A DNA stretch of 32,000 nucleotides, taken from Telmatocola sphagniphila (GTDB taxonomy: Bacteria; Planctomycetota; Planctomycetia; Gemmatales; Gemmataceae). The DNA lies in contig NZ_CP074694.1 in the NCBI RefSeq assembly GCF_018398935.1, positions 4,290,001 through 4,322,000 of the forward strand, in the 5' to 3' direction. The notes below the pieces were generated by a model. That model did not search any database. It was given only the letters and a program-made list of their open reading frames with translations, and was not told the DNA's origin. Of the stretch, positions 1-8,736 are shown piece by piece (positions within the stretch are counted from its first letter, which is position 1; every line of letters begins with the position of its first letter). The position numbers were made by a program, and so were the translations under genes.

Positions 1-3
1 AAA

Positions 4-1041
4 TTATCGCTGCAAAGATTCCGGCACCGGGAACAACGGCGTGGGAGGCAATTCCGAGAACTTCGTCGCATTCGAGCCCGAGGGCGTTGACGGCGATGGC
101 AGTGTCGGTGCGGGAGATGCAGGCGCCGTGGCATTTACAGGCCGAACCAGGACCACGTCCGGCGTGCTGGTGATCGCGGATCCCGTTCGCGGCTGCGTCA
201 CGGCGGGATCAAGATCGGGCAACGTCGAACTGCTGTTGGACGGCAGCTTCAATTCCGGACCCGACTCCGGCAGCTTTGGCACATTCATCGCGGGAGTTGG
301 ATTCAAAGCAGGAACGCTCGATCCGCCCCCGTTCAAAATGGGCAGATCAGGTTTAACCGGCAATGCGGGCGCTTGCATGCGCATTCTTTCCAGATTCGCA
401 TCCGAGTTCGTTAATTGAGGTCCGGAGGTCCCCGCGGTCGCCATGATCGGAGTGGATGAAACAGCCGAGCGATTCGACGGCGAAGGCGGCAAACTCGGCA
501 CGCCCGTCGGCGGCACATTGGTCGGCTCTAATGGCGTGGCGGGAGGCATCATGGCAATGCCGTTACCGGAACCCGGCAGAGGAGGCTGAGTCACGGGAGT
601 CTGACGGATGGGGGCCTGCTGAGGATATTGCGCCTGCTGAACCGATTGCTGCGGTACCCCAGCCCCATTCGGCGCGTAAGCGATGGATTGCTGGGGTTGA
701 TTAGGATTCAGACCGTACGCATTCGGATTGGTCACAGGGCTCGAACTGACCACGGCCGTGTTTGGATTTGGCAGCGATTGCAGTTGAGCTCCGCCCGTGT
801 AAGGCGAAGAGTTCGCCACCTGCAAGTTTCGATAAGCAGGCGACGAGACGCCGCCGGTCTGCTGCAGGGTCGCACCGCCAGCAGGGGCGTTGGCCGCGGT
901 CTGCACGGTGCCAGTCGCTGGCTGTTTATTCAGTGTCATAACGGGTGGTGTGGAAGGCTGTTGAGTGGTATGAGCGCAGCCCGTGGCCAGGCCAGTCAGT
1001 CCCAAAGCTACTCCTAGACCCCAAGATTTAACTCTGATCAT
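4..1041 (-). CDS. hypothetical Pro/Gln/Ser/Thr-rich lipoprotein
   Basis: 345-aa ORF. The N-terminus MIRVKSWGLGVALGLTGLATGC reads as a signal peptide ending in a lipobox-like L-A-T-G-C. The rest is low-complexity P/S/T/Q/N-rich sequence with no recognisable domain. The + strand ORFs inside it (41-418, 456-704, 628-1017) are Arg/Gly-rich shadow frames. Confidence 0.55.
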   Translation of the reverse strand: MIRVKSWGLGVALGLTGLATGCAHTTQQPSTPPVMTLNKQPATGTVQTAANAPAGGATLQQTGGVSSPAYRNLQVANSSPYTGGAQLQSLPNPNTAVVSSSPVTNPNAYGLNPNQPQQSIAYAPNGAGVPQQSVQQAQYPQQAPIRQTPVTQPPLPGSGNGIAMMPPATPLEPTNVPPTGVPSLPPSPSNRSAVSSTPIMATAGTSGPQLTNSDANLERMRMQAPALPVKPDLPILNGGGSSVPALNPTPAMNVPKLPESGPELKLPSNSSSTLPDLDPAVTQPRTGSAITSTPDVVLVRPVNATAPASPAPTLPSPSTPSGSNATKFSELPPTPLFPVPESLQR

Positions 1042-1167
1042 GTGATTCCCCCGTCGTGTGGCCGCGCGCGATTAGCCCCCACCAGGCGCGTAGCACTGAA
1101 CGCGAGGAGATAATCGCTGTCGGGAGGTTGTGTCAATTGCAATTTGAAACTGGGCGAAGTTCGCGAG

Positions 1168-1947
1168 CTAAAGTACGAATTTACGCAGAAAGCTGACGGA
1201 ATTTTGCATTTCGGCTAAAGAAGCGCGGCCCGGCTGCCGTTTGATCGTCAAAAATCCCTTGTACTCGATGGCACTCAGAGCGCCGATAATTCCCATCCAT
1301 TCCACATTGCCATGTCCCAAGGGCACTTCGTCGGCCGCCTGGCTCACCGTGTGGATCTGCACGTCGCGAGCCTGGAAATGGACGAGCCGGTGTTGCAGCG
1401 GAAGAATGCTTTGAGCCGGATTGTGGCCATGCAGTAGGAAGTTTCCCGGATCGAAATTAATTCCCAGACTGCCGTAGTCGAACCGGTTCAAAAATTCGAC
1501 GACCTTATCTGCTGGGTCGAAGCCAGCTTCCAAAGCCACTCGAACGCCCGTTTTGTCTCCATAAGCCGCCAGATCCCGAAGCGCTTCATTAAGCAACGGA
1601 TTTTGCGGCGAATCCGGTCCACTGGGAAGCCGAGGGCATTGCACGAGAACGATTCGCGGTCCCAGTTCGAACGACAGATCCATCACCTGGCGGATATATT
1701 CCAGGCGGGGTTGTTGATCAGCCGCGACGTCGATGCCTCGACGCAAAGGGCAGTTCAGTGCCGTGAGCTGGAGGTTATTCGAACGGAGCAGATTGCCGAT
1801 TTCCCGCTTGGCTGTGGACGTGAGTTTGGCGGGAGCCAGTTCTCCATAAGCATCGACCTGTACCCCGGCGACTCCCAATCGGGAAATTTGGGGAAGTCCC
1901 TGGCGCAGGGAAAAATTCAGTGATTCCAAACAGATTCCAAGCTTCAT
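1168..1947 (-). CDS. sugar phosphate isomerase/epimerase (xylose isomerase-like TIM barrel family)
   Basis: The ORF 1168-2046 contains an internal ATG at 1947 giving MKLGICLESLN..., the typical N-terminus of this family. Family-like segments include INFDPGNFLLHGHNP and the GFLTIKRQ tail. The 33 codons upstream (MGNRRSAARG...) overlap the 3' end of the neighbouring gene and look non-coding. Confidence 0.8.
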   Translation of the reverse strand: MKLGICLESLNFSLRQGLPQISRLGVAGVQVDAYGELAPAKLTSTAKREIGNLLRSNNLQLTALNCPLRRGIDVAADQQPRLEYIRQVMDLSFELGPRIVLVQCPRLPSGPDSPQNPLLNEALRDLAAYGDKTGVRVALEAGFDPADKVVEFLNRFDYGSLGINFDPGNFLLHGHNPAQSILPLQHRLVHFQARDVQIHTVSQAADEVPLGHGNVEWMGIIGALSAIEYKGFLTIKRQPGRASLAEMQNSVSFLRKFVL

Positions 1948-1973
1948 AGCATCCTGTTCGCAGTGATGCGATT

Positions 1974-2489
1974 TCAATCGAGAAAATCGCTGAAGGGTTT
2001 TACCAGTGTTCGGAATTCCTCGCGCGGCAGATCGACGGTTCCCCACTTGGTGCTACGCACCCGCATGGACCTCCGATAGTCCTGCCCCGCGATGCCGCGC
2101 ACCAAATAACGGCTATCCCTCCAGTACAGCAAGTCGGTCGTACCGATCGGCAGATCGACTTCTTCCTGTATATGATACACGAACACCAGAATTCCGCGGT
2201 ATCCTTCTCCGAAACGTTCTTCCCAGCGGCGCAGGCCGTTGATATCCTCCAAGGTGGACCAGGACTCCCAGGACTTCTTGGGTTTCGAGGCCGTCCCGCC
2301 GGGAAATTTACGCCCTTTGACATCTACCAGCAGTCGACGTTCCTTCGAGCCGTAGACGATGAAATCCAGGCTTTTCACGGGTTCGTCATCCAATGTCGCA
2401 CGTCGACTTTCGTCGATGGCGACGTATCCGAGATTCTTAAAACGCAGAAACTGCTCGAAGGCCGTCTCATAATGATTGGAACGAATCAT
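1974..2489 (-). CDS. HYExAFE-motif protein, putative PD-(D/E)xK (restriction-endonuclease-like fold) protein
   Basis: 171-aa ORF starting MIRSNHYETAFEQFL (literal H-Y-E-x-A-F-E motif). This is followed by SLDFIVYG and LLVDVKGRKF, an E...D...(D/E)-x-K arrangement typical of PD-(D/E)xK nucleases. The alternative-frame ORFs 2000-2323 (-), 2006-2242 (+) and 2172-2507 (+) look like shadows. Confidence 0.7.
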   Translation of the reverse strand: MIRSNHYETAFEQFLRFKNLGYVAIDESRRATLDDEPVKSLDFIVYGSKERRLLVDVKGRKFPGGTASKPKKSWESWSTLEDINGLRRWEERFGEGYRGILVFVYHIQEEVDLPIGTTDLLYWRDSRYLVRGIAGQDYRRSMRVRSTKWGTVDLPREEFRTLVKPFSDFLD

Positions 2490-2608
2490 AAGGGGCTGTG
2501 GGTCTAAGTCTTTACGTCAGGTCGAACAGACGATATCAACTTTCATTATGTCAGAAAAATCGACGATTTGGAGGCTCTTTCCTGGAGAAGATGCAACGAC
2601 TGAAGGGC

Positions 2609-3019
2609 CTAAATTTTTATCACTCGGATGCGCCGGGTAATCTCCTCAATCGGGATCAATTCCCCCTGCCCGGCCCCGGGGCAATTTCTTTGCGTCCGTT
2701 GCCAGGCCTCTTCCGTACGAGTGGTACTCTCCCAGAAGGGCCAGGTTCGGCACTGGCGGGGTCTTATGTCGTAAATCGTGCAGCCTTTTTCTTTTTCGAA
2801 AAAAACGCAGTCGCCGTTTAACTTCTCCTTGAGCGAACGTTTTTCGTAAAGAATCTTCGTGTAAATTCCAATGACTTCTTCCACGCTGACCTTCAGCCGA
2901 TCCGCAATAGCCTGAATTTCATTTTCATCCACCCAGACGAAGCCCGCCTCACCCGTGCAGCAGTTACCGCAACGGGTACAGGAGAATCGCAAGCCGTTCG
3001 TGTACCAAGGTGTTTCCAT
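2609..3019 (-). CDS. YkgJ-family cysteine-cluster (CxxCxxCC, putative Zn/Fe-binding) protein
   Basis: Internal ATG at 3019 gives METPWYTNGLRFSCTRCGNCCTG, which carries the CxxCxxCC signature. A second Cys group follows (NGDCVFF...KGCTIYDIRPRQCRTWPFW). This matches the UPF0153/YkgJ architecture. Confidence 0.8.
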   Translation of the reverse strand: METPWYTNGLRFSCTRCGNCCTGEAGFVWVDENEIQAIADRLKVSVEEVIGIYTKILYEKRSLKEKLNGDCVFFEKEKGCTIYDIRPRQCRTWPFWESTTRTEEAWQRTQRNCPGAGQGELIPIEEITRRIRVIKI

Positions 3020-3101
3020 TTGAGCTATGATACATCTTGCTGATCGGTGCAGAATAGAATTCGGAACAGGTGGGCCGATCCAGTCCGAGCGGGATGGTAG
3101 T

Positions 3102-3794
3102 ATGCGAACACTCGCCATTGGCGATATTCATGGGTGTCTTTCGGCCCTGGATCATTTACTGAATTTCGTTAAGCCGGCGACAGAGGATCTGATCATAACC
3201 CTCGGGGATCACGTCGATCGCGGCCCCGATACCAAGGGAGTGCTCGATCGCCTCATTGCCCTGCACAAACAACGCAAAATGGTCAGTTTATTGGGCAATC
3301 ACGAATTGCTGATGCTCACAGCGCTGGAAGGGAAAGCCGAAGCCCGGCAATGGCTGACTCATGGAGGATCGGAGGCTCTCGAGTCCTACCGGCAGGCAGG
3401 CAAGCATGTCTCCCTGGCAGATGTTCCCAGTTCACACTGGGGCTTCATGGAAACGAACTGTCAGCATTATTTCGAAACTCTGACGCATATTTTCGTTCAC
3501 GCGAATCTACTGCCGCGGGTCGATATGCCCGAACAGCCGGAGTTGATTCTCTGCTGGGAATCCTTGAATCCTCGCAAATACGAGCCGCACTACTCGGGTA
3601 AAACGATGATCTGCGGTCATACCGCACAGAAAAAAGGGAATCCGCTGGTTCTGCCGGGAGCGATCTGCATCGATACCTGGGCCTACGGCGATGGCTGGTT
3701 AACCTGTCTGGACGTGGACAGCGGACAGTACTGGCAGGCTAATGAACTGGGGGAAACGCGAATTGGCTCAATCCCCCGGGTAAGGGAAGACTGA
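3102..3794 (+). CDS. PPP-family metallophosphoesterase (Ser/Thr protein phosphatase / ApaH-like)
   Basis: ATG at 3102 gives MRTLAIGDIHGC. The three PPP signature motifs are present in order: GDIHG, GDHVDRG, GNHE. The gene is divergent from the YkgJ gene, with 82 bp between the start codons. Confidence 0.85.
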   Translation: MRTLAIGDIHGCLSALDHLLNFVKPATEDLIITLGDHVDRGPDTKGVLDRLIALHKQRKMVSLLGNHELLMLTALEGKAEARQWLTHGGSEALESYRQAGKHVSLADVPSSHWGFMETNCQHYFETLTHIFVHANLLPRVDMPEQPELILCWESLNPRKYEPHYSGKTMICGHTAQKKGNPLVLPGAICIDTWAYGDGWLTCLDVDSGQYWQANELGETRIGSIPRVRED

Positions 3795-3829
3795 GCCAAT
3801 ACAAAAATTCTTTGTTTTAATTTCTGCGA

Positions 3830-6800
3830 TTAACCGACGTTCACGCCCCCCAGGAACTGAGGATCGTAGACGTTGAAGGCATTCAGGATCTGATAGTTAG
3901 TCGAAGAATACAGTCGGATCCGAGGCACGGCGGTTGGTCCGCTGGCCACCGCGATCTCACTCGCGATTCCCGTGCCCGTGGTATCCAGAGCCAGCACGCG
4001 AGCTCCCACATTGGTGACACCTGGTTCGAAACCTGCGAAGGATGTCACCAGAGAAGTTCCGCTGTAAACGGCCACCTGACCGTTCGTCAGATCGCCAATG
4101 ACGAGGGTGGCCTTAGTGTTTCCTGCCTGAGTGATGCCAGCCGAAACCGAGATCCCGTTGGCGCCGATGACTCCGGAAGCAATGAAACTTTCAATCGGAT
4201 TGAGATTCAGACCATTCGGCCCACCAGCGAAGACTTCCACGTGCGGGCTATTGCCGCTCGCAGTCGAAACGATCACATCCCCGTAACCATCGCCATTGAT
4301 GTCGGCCACTGCCACATTCACACCACCCAGATAGGAGGTTGAGTAAGCGTAGAAGCTATTGATGAGCTTCAAAGTTGCACCATCGAACACTTCGATGTGC
4401 GGGGCCGTTCCGGCCATGGTTCCAACCACGATATCGGGAATTCCATCGCCATTGATGTCCCCGGCCGCGACAGTAATCCCACCCAGGTAAGCGGGAGAGA
4501 ACGCATCGAAGCTGTAACCGGGCAGTTCCTGGCCATTGACGCCATTAAAGACGTCCACATGCGGATCGGCTCCGGGGCCTGCACCCGTGACGATATCCTT
4601 AACGCTGTCTCCGTTGAAGTCCGCCGTGGCGACGCTCACACCACCCCGGAAATTCGAGTTATAGGCAAAGAAATTGTAAAGCAGTTGTCCCGAGCTGGCG
4701 CTGTAAACCCGGACGTCTGGGCCGTTGCCCGGCCCGGCACCCAGTGCGAACAAAGCGGTCTGATCGTAGGTGATGCTGGAGGGGGCGGAAGAGATATTAC
4801 TGTTGCCTGCAGAGTCGGTCACCGCACCCGCCGGCACGGCGATCGTAACGACGCCGTTTCGAGTCACGTGGTTGATCGATACGACGTAGCTGGAACCACT
4901 GCCCGTGATGGTGACGTTGCCAGCACCCGCCGTTCCGGTGACCGTAATTCCAGACGCGCTGAAGCCGGTCACATTTTTGCTGAAATTCACATCGAATTTG
5001 ATGGGGGTCGAGGACGTCGGATTGGCTTGGCCGGAGGCTGCGGTAATTGTCACGGAGGGTTGCACGTGATCAATCGTGTAGACCGGGCCGGCGACGAAGC
5101 CGGAAGAAAGAGCGTTGCCCGAATGATCGGCGATCCCAGACGCACTGAACAGATTCAGCTGAATGGTGCCGTTCACCGAACCGAGGCCGACGATGGGAAC
5201 CGTCCAGGTCGTTCCACCATCGTAGGATACGATGGTTCCGAAGGTGGCACTCGACGAGGCCGTGCCCGTGATACTGAAGTTACCGGCGGAGACGCCGACC
5301 ACCGGCTTGGAGAAGACCACCGTATAAGTAACCGAACTTGCGTTGGTGATACTGTTGGTCGGATTATTGCGATTGATCGACAGCAGTTTGGGAGCCACGG
5401 TGTCCAAAGTAGTCAGAGTGACGTCGTGACCACTACCGCCCTGGTAGCTGATACGGAACGTGCCCTGAGCGGTCTTGAACGTGGAGCCTTCCGGAAGGTT
5501 ATTGAAGGTGCCGACGATCGGGTTATTGCTGAGATTCTTGATAATCGTGAAGGTATCACCTGGAGCGGGAGTGTAGCCAAAAGTCGGGCTCAGAGTCGCC
5601 CCGTTGAGGTTGATGCCGCCCGTGACATCGAGTTGCGAGTAGTTCGTTCCCACCGTGGTACCGGCGATATCCACCGAGTAGGTCGAGGTCGAGTTGGCGA
5701 AAGTCACCGATCCGGTGTTCAGAACACCCGTCGAAACACCCGGCGTCAAGTTACCACCGGCGTTGACCGTGACGTCCCGGATGATGTTACCCGTTCCCCC
5801 GAGCGAAGCGCCGTTCTCGACGACGACGCCATTGCCAGCTGCATTGATCGCATCGAGTTGCCCGTTGACATAGACGGTCCCTTGCTGGACATCCAACACA
5901 CCTGGGAATTTCTGTTCGTTATTTAACGTCAGAGTGCCCGACCCAGTCTTGTTGATCCCGTACTGGCTGTAAATGTCGCCGATGTAGCCAATCGATTTAT
6001 TGACGACGATATTCCCGCCGGTGTTGATGGTTGCCGAACCGAAGGGGTTCGGCGTGCCGTTGAGAGTTCCGTTCGCCAGCAGGTTGATCGGCGTGTCAAT
6101 TGACATCGAGTTCGGCAAATTCAGCGTACTGCCGTTTTGCAGGATGAGGGAGTTTGCGGAGCCGATTGAACCTTCGTTATCGAACTGCAGCGTGGCACCT
6201 GCATTGTTCACATAATTGCCTGTGAAGGCATTGGAAATCGCACTGTTACCGTTTATTTCCAGGATGCCGGAACCGGTGTTGTAGAGATTTCCAGAACCGC
6301 TGATGGCTCCGGTCACATTCAAATCGGCCGAGCTGGAACCGACGTTAATGAAACCATCTCCCGTCGAGACGTTAAAGCCGCGCGAGAAGGTTTCACCCGT
6401 GCCGGTGTATTGCAGCGTTCCGCCATTCAACACCACGGCTCCGCTGCCACCCAGACTGGTGGCCAGCGAAGCGAGCGAGAGATTACCGCCCGCCAGGTAG
6501 ATGGTTCCCGAAAGGGCGTTATTGTTGCCGGACAAAGTCAGCGTTCCGCCGCCTGATACCGTGTAACCGTTGAAACCGGTGATCGGGCTGGTGACCGTCA
6601 GAGCCGTCGGAACGATGAAGTAACCTGGACGAGTCGCGAAGTCCAATTGGGAAATATCAATACGATTTCGAGCGGAGCTCGTGGGGTCCGAATTGGGGTT
6701 GGCGCCCGACGCGAGAATCACACCGCTGGCGATATTCAACCGACCCGCGCCAGTTAGTTGCCCATAATTCGTGCTGCTGGAAGCATCGAGAACCAGGGCA

Positions 6801-8428
6801 TTGATCGATCCCAAAGTGCTTCCGCCGACCGTAGTCGGAACGATTTCCCGAATGTTATTCTGGGTCGTTCCCGAAAAAGTGCTGGCGTATTCGGTAAACT
6901 GCAAGGGGCGAATCCCGTTGGCAGTCGTATAGGTGACCAGCGTATTTCCGGTCGTATTATTTGTCGTGTATTCGTTGCCGTATGCACTGGGCAGAATGCT
7001 GATGTAGCTCGTTCCTAATGCTCCGTTGCCGCCGATCAGACCGCTGGAAATATTCGCTGTATTTGTGAAATTAATGGTGTCGTAATTGTTGTTCGAAGCT
7101 CCGAGATTTCCGAGGTTATTAGCCTGGAAAAGGATGTTTGTTCCCGCCGCGACATTGTAGTCGGCGAATGTGATGGCGTTGGTGTTCACATCCGTGGTTT
7201 CTTTATCCAAATGGTTCAGAATGATCGTCGGGTTACCCGAAGCATTCAGCGTGCCAATCGTTTCCGTGGACTGGAAAGCCGAACTCGTGGCCCCGTTGGA
7301 AGCGGTATTGTTATACCCGGTGTACTCGAAGGTACCGCCGCTGTAGAGAGTCAGCGGAATGGAGTCGCCAATGCGGTTGGGGCTGGTGTTTGTTGAAGGA
7401 AGATTCAAGTTGTTGACTTCGATTGTTCCGCCGCGTGCGGCGATCAAACCAGAACTGCCCGTGATTTGTCCAACGACCGTTCCGTTAGTTCCGAGAATGA
7501 TCGTGGCGCCCGTTTTTGATAAATAGGAAGAACCTGCCGTGGTTGCTCCCGCGTAGTTGTCGGAGTTTCGCAGTGTGTAGGTGATGGGCAGAAGCGGATA
7601 GATCGAAAGGCCGCCCTGTCCCGTGACCACGCCATCCTGAATGTTGCTGGTCGAACCCGATACATTCAACGTGGAATTCAAAGAGAGATTACTGGTAGTA
7701 TCGGTGGGTGTAGTCGTGAGACCGTAACTGAGTGTGCCGCCGTTGACAACCAGGTTTGCATTGGAATTGCTTCCGAATACCAGGTTACCGGCATTGAGAT
7801 TGATCGTCGGATTGCCCGTGGGATCGTCGAGGAGCGTGAAACCATTCCCACCGCGGTTTATCGTGATCGAAGGGCTGTTTCCTGACAGGCTGGTCGTCCC
7901 TTCAATGAGAAGACTTCCGTTTCCATCTCCGGTGATTGTCAGGGGCGCGTTAATGTCGATGTCGGAAGCGGCATAAGCTGCCACTCCGCCGCCACTCTGT
8001 GTAATCGTGGGATTGACGCCGCTCGAAACATTTAGACCGACCGAATCGCCACTGATCTGAGCGCCGGTGATCGCCTCGCCCGATGTGGATTGCATGTACC
8101 CATATCGACCGTTAAACGTCAGAGTATTGACCGCAAAGGAAGCCGCAATATCGTTGACGGCGTTATAGCCACTTTGAGTGTAATTTAAAAATGTCAGGGC
8201 CGTGCTTGTGGTATTCGCCGGCACGGTGTTGGGGCTCCACTGGGTCGCGTCGCTCCAGTTCTGGGAACCAGTTGTAATCCCCGTCCAAGTCCAGGAAGCC
8301 GGCGGACAGCGATCTTCCATCGGCTCCATCATTCGACGAAGTTTGTGCGTCCGGCGTCGATCGGAGGCAACGGCCGAGGGAGTTTTACTGGCAACAAAAA
8401 GCGTTTTCATCCAGCGCGAAAGAGCCAT
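3830..8428 (-). CDS. giant surface/adhesin-like protein: autotransporter-associated beta-strand (PATR-type) repeats + 2 Ig-like modules + C-terminal FG-GAP/VCBS beta-propeller
   Basis: 1532-aa ORF. It contains Gly/Asn/Thr-rich beta-helix-type repeats with motifs TVSGGGTLTLSGNN and NKTGSGTLTLNN. The passenger-end motif is GTFRISYQGGSGHDVTLT. Two Ig-like modules follow (SVTYTVVFSKPVVGVSAGNFSITGT; IKFDVNFSKNVTGFSASGITVTGT). The last ~309 aa are FG-GAP blades (DFNGDSVKDIV, DINGDGIPDIVV, DINGDGYGDVIV). The N-terminus is Arg-rich with EPMEDRCPP. Confidence 0.85.
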   Translation of the reverse strand: MALSRWMKTLFVASKTPSAVASDRRRTHKLRRMMEPMEDRCPPASWTWTGITTGSQNWSDATQWSPNTVPANTTSTALTFLNYTQSGYNAVNDIAASFAVNTLTFNGRYGYMQSTSGEAITGAQISGDSVGLNVSSGVNPTITQSGGGVAAYAASDIDINAPLTITGDGNGSLLIEGTTSLSGNSPSITINRGGNGFTLLDDPTGNPTINLNAGNLVFGSNSNANLVVNGGTLSYGLTTTPTDTTSNLSLNSTLNVSGSTSNIQDGVVTGQGGLSIYPLLPITYTLRNSDNYAGATTAGSSYLSKTGATIILGTNGTVVGQITGSSGLIAARGGTIEVNNLNLPSTNTSPNRIGDSIPLTLYSGGTFEYTGYNNTASNGATSSAFQSTETIGTLNASGNPTIILNHLDKETTDVNTNAITFADYNVAAGTNILFQANNLGNLGASNNNYDTINFTNTANISSGLIGGNGALGTSYISILPSAYGNEYTTNNTTGNTLVTYTTANGIRPLQFTEYASTFSGTTQNNIREIVPTTVGGSTLGSINALVLDASSSTNYGQLTGAGRLNIASGVILASGANPNSDPTSSARNRIDISQLDFATRPGYFIVPTALTVTSPITGFNGYTVSGGGTLTLSGNNNALSGTIYLAGGNLSLASLATSLGGSGAVVLNGGTLQYTGTGETFSRGFNVSTGDGFINVGSSSADLNVTGAISGSGNLYNTGSGILEINGNSAISNAFTGNYVNNAGATLQFDNEGSIGSANSLILQNGSTLNLPNSMSIDTPINLLANGTLNGTPNPFGSATINTGGNIVVNKSIGYIGDIYSQYGINKTGSGTLTLNNEQKFPGVLDVQQGTVYVNGQLDAINAAGNGVVVENGASLGGTGNIIRDVTVNAGGNLTPGVSTGVLNTGSVTFANSTSTYSVDIAGTTVGTNYSQLDVTGGINLNGATLSPTFGYTPAPGDTFTIIKNLSNNPIVGTFNNLPEGSTFKTAQGTFRISYQGGSGHDVTLTTLDTVAPKLLSINRNNPTNSITNASSVTYTVVFSKPVVGVSAGNFSITGTASSSATFGTIVSYDGGTTWTVPIVGLGSVNGTIQLNLFSASGIADHSGNALSSGFVAGPVYTIDHVQPSVTITAASGQANPTSSTPIKFDVNFSKNVTGFSASGITVTGTAGAGNVTITGSGSSYVVSINHVTRNGVVTIAVPAGAVTDSAGNSNISSAPSSITYDQTALFALGAGPGNGPDVRVYSASSGQLLYNFFAYNSNFRGGVSVATADFNGDSVKDIVTGAGPGADPHVDVFNGVNGQELPGYSFDAFSPAYLGGITVAAGDINGDGIPDIVVGTMAGTAPHIEVFDGATLKLINSFYAYSTSYLGGVNVAVADINGDGYGDVIVSTASGNSPHVEVFAGGPNGLNLNPIESFIASGVIGANGISVSAGITQAGNTKATLVIGDLTNGQVAVYSGTSLVTSFAGFEPGVTNVGARVLALDTTGTGIASEIAVASGPTAVPRIRLYSSTNYQILNAFNVYDPQFLGGVNVG
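3833..4759 (-). repeat. intragenic FG-GAP/VCBS-type blade repeats (C-terminal ~309 aa of the giant protein)
   Basis: A recurring unit of roughly [AG]xGxxPxVxVFxG...F.AY...[FY]xGGVxVAxxDxNGDGxxD[IV]V is seen at least three times cleanly, with further degenerate copies. The protein ends in ...YDPQFLGGVNVG, a partial unit, which is consistent with velcro closure of a propeller. Confidence 0.7.
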
Positions 8429-8736
8429 GACACGTCTCTTCTTGTGAAAATAAGGTTGGATTCAGCCTTGAACCCTGGCTTACTATGGGGAATCTAGCCA
8501 ATAGGCGAAATATGTGCAAACTATTCTATCGGTGCAAATCACTTCCTAAAAGTGAGGATCAGCCAACTTTGCTACCTTGATATTATTCTTCCTAACTGAC
8601 AGACGAGGCATAAGTCAGAAAGTTGGTTCAAACCCTCCATTTTAACGATTTCATTTTTTTCTTCCGTTCTCAGGGGGTCCGGTTAGAATGGTTGTACTAT
8701 GCAGGACGGTTCTGCTGATCTCCGGAGATCCGGACT

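Noticed and set aside
1948-2046. N-terminal extensions in the ORF track. Examples are MGNRRSAARG... on the isomerase, MASVRILPSR... on YkgJ, MIHLADRC... on the phosphatase, the long Arg-rich leaders on nuoA and nuoB, and MEKTLENS... on ychF.
   Set aside because: In each case an internal ATG gives the canonical family N-terminus (MKLGI..., METPWY..., MRTLAIGDIHG..., MTTLV..., MGILEGRF..., MKVGLVG...). The extension would overlap the neighbouring gene or the promoter region. I trimmed the calls accordingly.
8621-8640. GGTTCAAACCC, which resembles a tRNA T-arm (GGTTCRANYCC), in the intergenic region upstream of clpS.
   Set aside because: The flanking bases do not form a 5-bp T-stem (GTTGG versus CCTCC). 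There is no acceptor stem, anticodon arm or CCA context in the right register. It is better explained as the 3' half of the 8563-8626 inverted repeat.
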